From Promethearchaeota archaeon (GTDB lineage Archaea > Asgardarchaeota > Thorarchaeia > Thorarchaeales > Thorarchaeaceae), in the NCBI GenBank assembly GCA_048940825.1, contig JBHLOD010000001.1, forward strand, positions 1 to 28,763: a stretch of DNA of 28,763 nucleotides, given 5' to 3'. Shown here piece by piece: positions 25,889 through 28,763 of the stretch (the stretch's first letter is position 1; each line of letters begins with the position of its first letter). Under the pieces are notes generated by a model. It worked only from the letters and a program-made list of their open reading frames with translations, did not search any database and had not been told where the DNA came from. Both the position numbers and the translations under genes were made by a program.

Positions 25889-25906
25889 TATTGACAGGTG
25901 AGGCTG

Positions 25907-26278
25907 ATGTCAGAGACCCGCGGAGACACTTTGGAGGGCGTTCTTAACGAATTGCAGGGGAGTATCCCTGAGATTGAGGCCTGTGCAATAGTCAGCGTTG
26001 AAGGACTCCCGATTGTGTCAGCTTTGCCAACAGATGTCGATGAAGCAAAGGTCGCAGCGATGACAGCCGCCATGTTGACCCTTGGAGAGAAGGCTGCAAT
26101 AGAGCTCGGAAAGGGGAACTTGGAGCAGGTCAACATTAAGGGTGTAGAGGGCTGGCTACTCGTGATTCAAGCCGGAATGAACGCATGTCTCACTGTTTCC
26201 ACAACAGCTAGTGCCAAGCTTGGCATGGTCTTTCTTGAGATGAAGAGGGCGGCCGAGAAGGTTTCCCAGATGATCTAG
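25907..26278 (+). CDS. Roadblock/LC7 domain protein (canonical archaeal type)
   Basis: 'IEACAIVSVEGLPIVSALP..VDE.KVAAM.AAML.LGE.AA.EL.KG.LEQV.IKG..G', 'AKLGMVFLEMKRAAEK'. ATG at 25907 after AGGTGA. Confidence 0.9.
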   Translation: MSETRGDTLEGVLNELQGSIPEIEACAIVSVEGLPIVSALPTDVDEAKVAAMTAAMLTLGEKAAIELGKGNLEQVNIKGVEGWLLVIQAGMNACLTVSTTASAKLGMVFLEMKRAAEKVSQMI

Positions 26279-26358
26279 TGCTAGTGCATTGCTTGCTCCA
26301 GCATCAAGGCTATTAGGGTACACACTCTGCTTCAGAGTGAAACAGGAAGTGCAACTGA

Positions 26359-27126
26359 TTGAACCTGACTGGTCCTGTCTACAGGCTGTACGAGTACGTC
26401 TTGCATAGGCAGTTGCACAAAGACCAAGCTCCACGTCATGTAGGGATTATTCTTGATGGTAACCGACGCTATGCCAGACAACACGGTCTGGAAGTCCCTT
26501 GGTTCGGGCATCAAAAGGGTGCCCAAAAGGTGATGGAAGTACTCAGGATTCTGTGGGAGGCAGGAGTCAAGGTATGCACGCTTTACGCATTTTCCGTCGA
26601 GAACTTCGAGAGGAATCGCGATGAAGTAGAAGAGATAATGGCCATTGCCAGAGAGAAATTCAGTGAGGTAGTGGGAAACCCTGATGTCCACAAGCATAAG
26701 GTCCGCATCAAAGCAATTGGTCGAGTCGATTTGCTGCCTGAGGAGGTTCAACTGGCAATTGCGCAGGCAGAGACCGAAACTGAGAACTACAGCGACCACA
26801 TTCTCAATGTAGCCATCGGATATTCAGGCAGAGCAGAACTTGTGGATGCCGTACAGGCAATCGGTGAGAAGATTCGAGATGGTGAGCTAGACCCATCGAA
26901 AGTTGATGAAGAACTGATTGAAACCCACTTGTATACCAACGGGGTTCCTGATCCTGACCTCATTATCCGAACATCAGGCGAAGAGCGGCTTTCTGGGTTC
27001 CTTCTCTGGCAGTCCGCCTATTCCGAGCTCTACTTTGCCCAGATCTACTGGCCTGCTGTACGAAGAATAGACGTCTGGCGTGCTCTGCGCTCCTATGAGC
27101 GCCGCTCGCGCCGATTCGGCAAGTGA
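26359..27126 (+). CDS. uppS: cis-prenyltransferase (polyprenyl/undecaprenyl diphosphate synthase)
   Basis: 'HVGIILDGNRRYA', 'GH.KG', 'TLYAFS.ENF.R', 'DLIIRTSGE.RLSGFLLWQ.AYSELYF', C-terminal 'RRFGK'. Confidence 0.96.
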   Translation: MNLTGPVYRLYEYVLHRQLHKDQAPRHVGIILDGNRRYARQHGLEVPWFGHQKGAQKVMEVLRILWEAGVKVCTLYAFSVENFERNRDEVEEIMAIAREKFSEVVGNPDVHKHKVRIKAIGRVDLLPEEVQLAIAQAETETENYSDHILNVAIGYSGRAELVDAVQAIGEKIRDGELDPSKVDEELIETHLYTNGVPDPDLIIRTSGEERLSGFLLWQSAYSELYFAQIYWPAVRRIDVWRALRSYERRSRRFGK

Positions 27127-27166
27127 CTGCCTAACTTCGTAGTTGGACCCGGCATGAACCTGAGAA

Positions 27167-28426
27167 GTGGTGACACAGTCTTTTATATTGGCAAACCATG
27201 TCTTCGAGTCTGTTCAGGAGATCATTGCATTGGCCCGAAAGCCAATTGATGTATACCGTGGTCTGATTAACACCGGCATATCCGCAGAGATTGCTCCACA
27301 CATCGATGCAGTCGTAGAAAGGTACTCTGACCATGAGTTTGCAGAACTGAAGCTTTCCCACCATCTGAAACGATTCATTGACATCTGGTCAAAACACGTC
27401 GCACATCTGAATCAACGTGGTTCCGTAGAAATCCCAGACCTTACTGCAGCAATTGACCTGCTTGACTACTTCACATCCACATCAAAGTGGTGGGTCTTGT
27501 CTAGAGATGACCCGGGGCTTGTACTTAGACCCGCTTCTAGAGATCCTCGCAACTTCCTCAAGTCATTGCCACTCATCAACATTGGACAGGGCGCCTCGGG
27601 AAGAGTATCCGGGGCTGCGGAGAAGCTCTCGAGTTTCCTGAAAGAACACAATCTTGGAGCGACGGAATCGCGCATAGACCTACGTCAGCACATCGTTTCT
27701 GTTTGGCTACTACTCAGTGCCTTTGTGTGCAAGAGTCAAGGACGCAGCACTACTGAGGAAGCAGACTTCGAAACAGCGTATGACATTGTACGTGTGTTGT
27801 TCTTCTATACGCCCAAGGATGACTTCCTGGCACTTACTGCGGTACGTCAGATTGCCACGAACCCAACCTTGGCCAAGGCTGCAGAGATCAATTTCGCACG
27901 CGGTTTCGACCGCAAACTCGATTCGTCATTGGCAGCACGACTTGAACGATCTCATGGAGAGTATCTTACCAAGATTGTCAAGTTGACGCCTAGCGCATCT
28001 AGAAGCATTCTTACAAACTCACTTAGAGTCTTGGCACAGCTACAGGCATTGAAGCTGGGTATGAATCGAGTCGAGGCTGATGAGTATGATTCTGTGATAG
28101 TAGGAGCGATGAGTCTACTAGACAAAATAGAGGTTCCTTCAGCCCTGCTTCACGAACAGTCCAAGGTCCTTGAACTATTCAAGAGTCTACAGCCTGCGGA
28201 AGGGGTAGAGGAGAAAATGGCACTTATGAGAAGAAGGATTGAAGGACTCTTGGTAGATTCAACAGGTAACAGAGACTTCTTGCTACAGTTTGCCAAGTTG
28301 ATTCCAAGAATCACAGCATTGCTGCTGCTGCTTGCAGGTGGAACAAAGACTCAACACGGAGACCGACTGCAAGACGCTGATGTGAAAAGAGGCCTAATCC
28401 TACTCAATAGGCTGCTCAATGAGTAG
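27167..28426 (+). CDS. Hypothetical all-helical protein, apparently four ~105-aa AAA+-lid-like repeats
   Basis: Long 419-aa ORF with no stronger competing frame. Recurring '(R/G)..V...D...A..LL'-type helix ends at about aa 91, 200, 305 and 405. No Walker motifs. Confidence 0.7.
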   Translation: MVTQSFILANHVFESVQEIIALARKPIDVYRGLINTGISAEIAPHIDAVVERYSDHEFAELKLSHHLKRFIDIWSKHVAHLNQRGSVEIPDLTAAIDLLDYFTSTSKWWVLSRDDPGLVLRPASRDPRNFLKSLPLINIGQGASGRVSGAAEKLSSFLKEHNLGATESRIDLRQHIVSVWLLLSAFVCKSQGRSTTEEADFETAYDIVRVLFFYTPKDDFLALTAVRQIATNPTLAKAAEINFARGFDRKLDSSLAARLERSHGEYLTKIVKLTPSASRSILTNSLRVLAQLQALKLGMNRVEADEYDSVIVGAMSLLDKIEVPSALLHEQSKVLELFKSLQPAEGVEEKMALMRRRIEGLLVDSTGNRDFLLQFAKLIPRITALLLLLAGGTKTQHGDRLQDADVKRGLILLNRLLNE

Positions 28427-28436
28427 AGTTTCTTTT

Positions 28437-28763
28437 CTACTCAGGGCCCTCAATCAATATCCTTGCATCAACTACAAGAACACCTTTGCCCTCATCGTAG
28501 AGAAACACTGGATTGCAGTCTAGTTCTGTGATTTCCGGATTCTCCTCCACCATCTTTGAAACAGATATTATCACGTCAACCAAGGCATCCACGTCACGTG
28601 GAGCCTCTCCGCGTATGCCATCCAGAATCTTAGCGGCCTTAATCTCTCGAATCATCTCTCGCGCATCAATTTCGGTCAAAGGTATCAGGCGAAACGTCAC
28701 GTCTTTCAAGACTTCGACAAAGATGCCGCCGAGTCCAAACATTAGAGCATGGCCAAACTGAGG
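28437..28763 (-). CDS. Acetate/acyl-CoA ligase (ADP-forming), ATP-grasp/beta-subunit C-terminus; 5' part outside the window
   Basis: The frame stays open to the window edge: PQFGHALMFGLGGIFVE.LKDV.FR..P....A..MI, 'ELD.NP', 'VDARI'. Confidence 0.9.
   Translation of the reverse strand, partial: PQFGHALMFGLGGIFVEVLKDVTFRLIPLTEIDAREMIREIKAAKILDGIRGEAPRDVDALVDVIISVSKMVEENPEITELDCNPVFLYDEGKGVLVVDARILIEGPE

Noticed and set aside
7707-27126. An 'ER-like' supercluster (EMC6-like, Sec23/24-like, cis-prenyltransferase)
   Set aside because: The genes are spread over 19 kb among unrelated housekeeping genes, and uppS is universal. The thematic link cannot be supported without synteny data.
426-28761. 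Many 60-190-aa antisense or alternative-frame ORFs in the track (e.g. 5051..5572, 15779..16729, 12758..13327, 24835..25350, 8586..8789)
   Set aside because: They lie inside or opposite well-supported genes, carry no recognisable motifs and show the Ser-rich composition typical of antisense frames.

Overview
This is a gene-dense archaeal chromosomal segment of roughly 50% GC with no rRNA, tRNA, CRISPR array or transposase that I can detect. Gene content points to an Asgard archaeon, most likely Thorarchaeia (inference): a Sec23/24-like zinc-finger/vWA protein, a DYNLRB-like roadblock protein, an EMC6-like membrane protein, a PCI-like protein, rps8e and GGAGG/GAGGTGA ribosome-binding sites. Left part: a partial SnoaL-like gene, a displaced second copy of the nadC 3' end, an orphan membrane protein, nadC, an AMMECR1 protein, pyrC, two CBS proteins and Rqc2/NFACT. 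Middle: an EMC6-like protein, an A24 peptidase, a two-subunit class I fumarase plus soluble thiol:fumarate reductase (tfrAB), a PCI-like protein, a Lys-rich/HEAT protein, hypA, rps8e, hypE and an smc-scpA-scpB operon. Right part, and the best candidate for an under-described system: a Sec23/24-like gene with an intact MIDAS motif and no gelsolin domain, flanked by four different roadblock/LC7 genes and an MglA-type small GTPase that probably starts at ATT. It is followed by uppS, a protein of four AAA+-lid-like repeats and a partial ADP-forming acyl-CoA ligase. All family calls come from motif recognition, not database searches.
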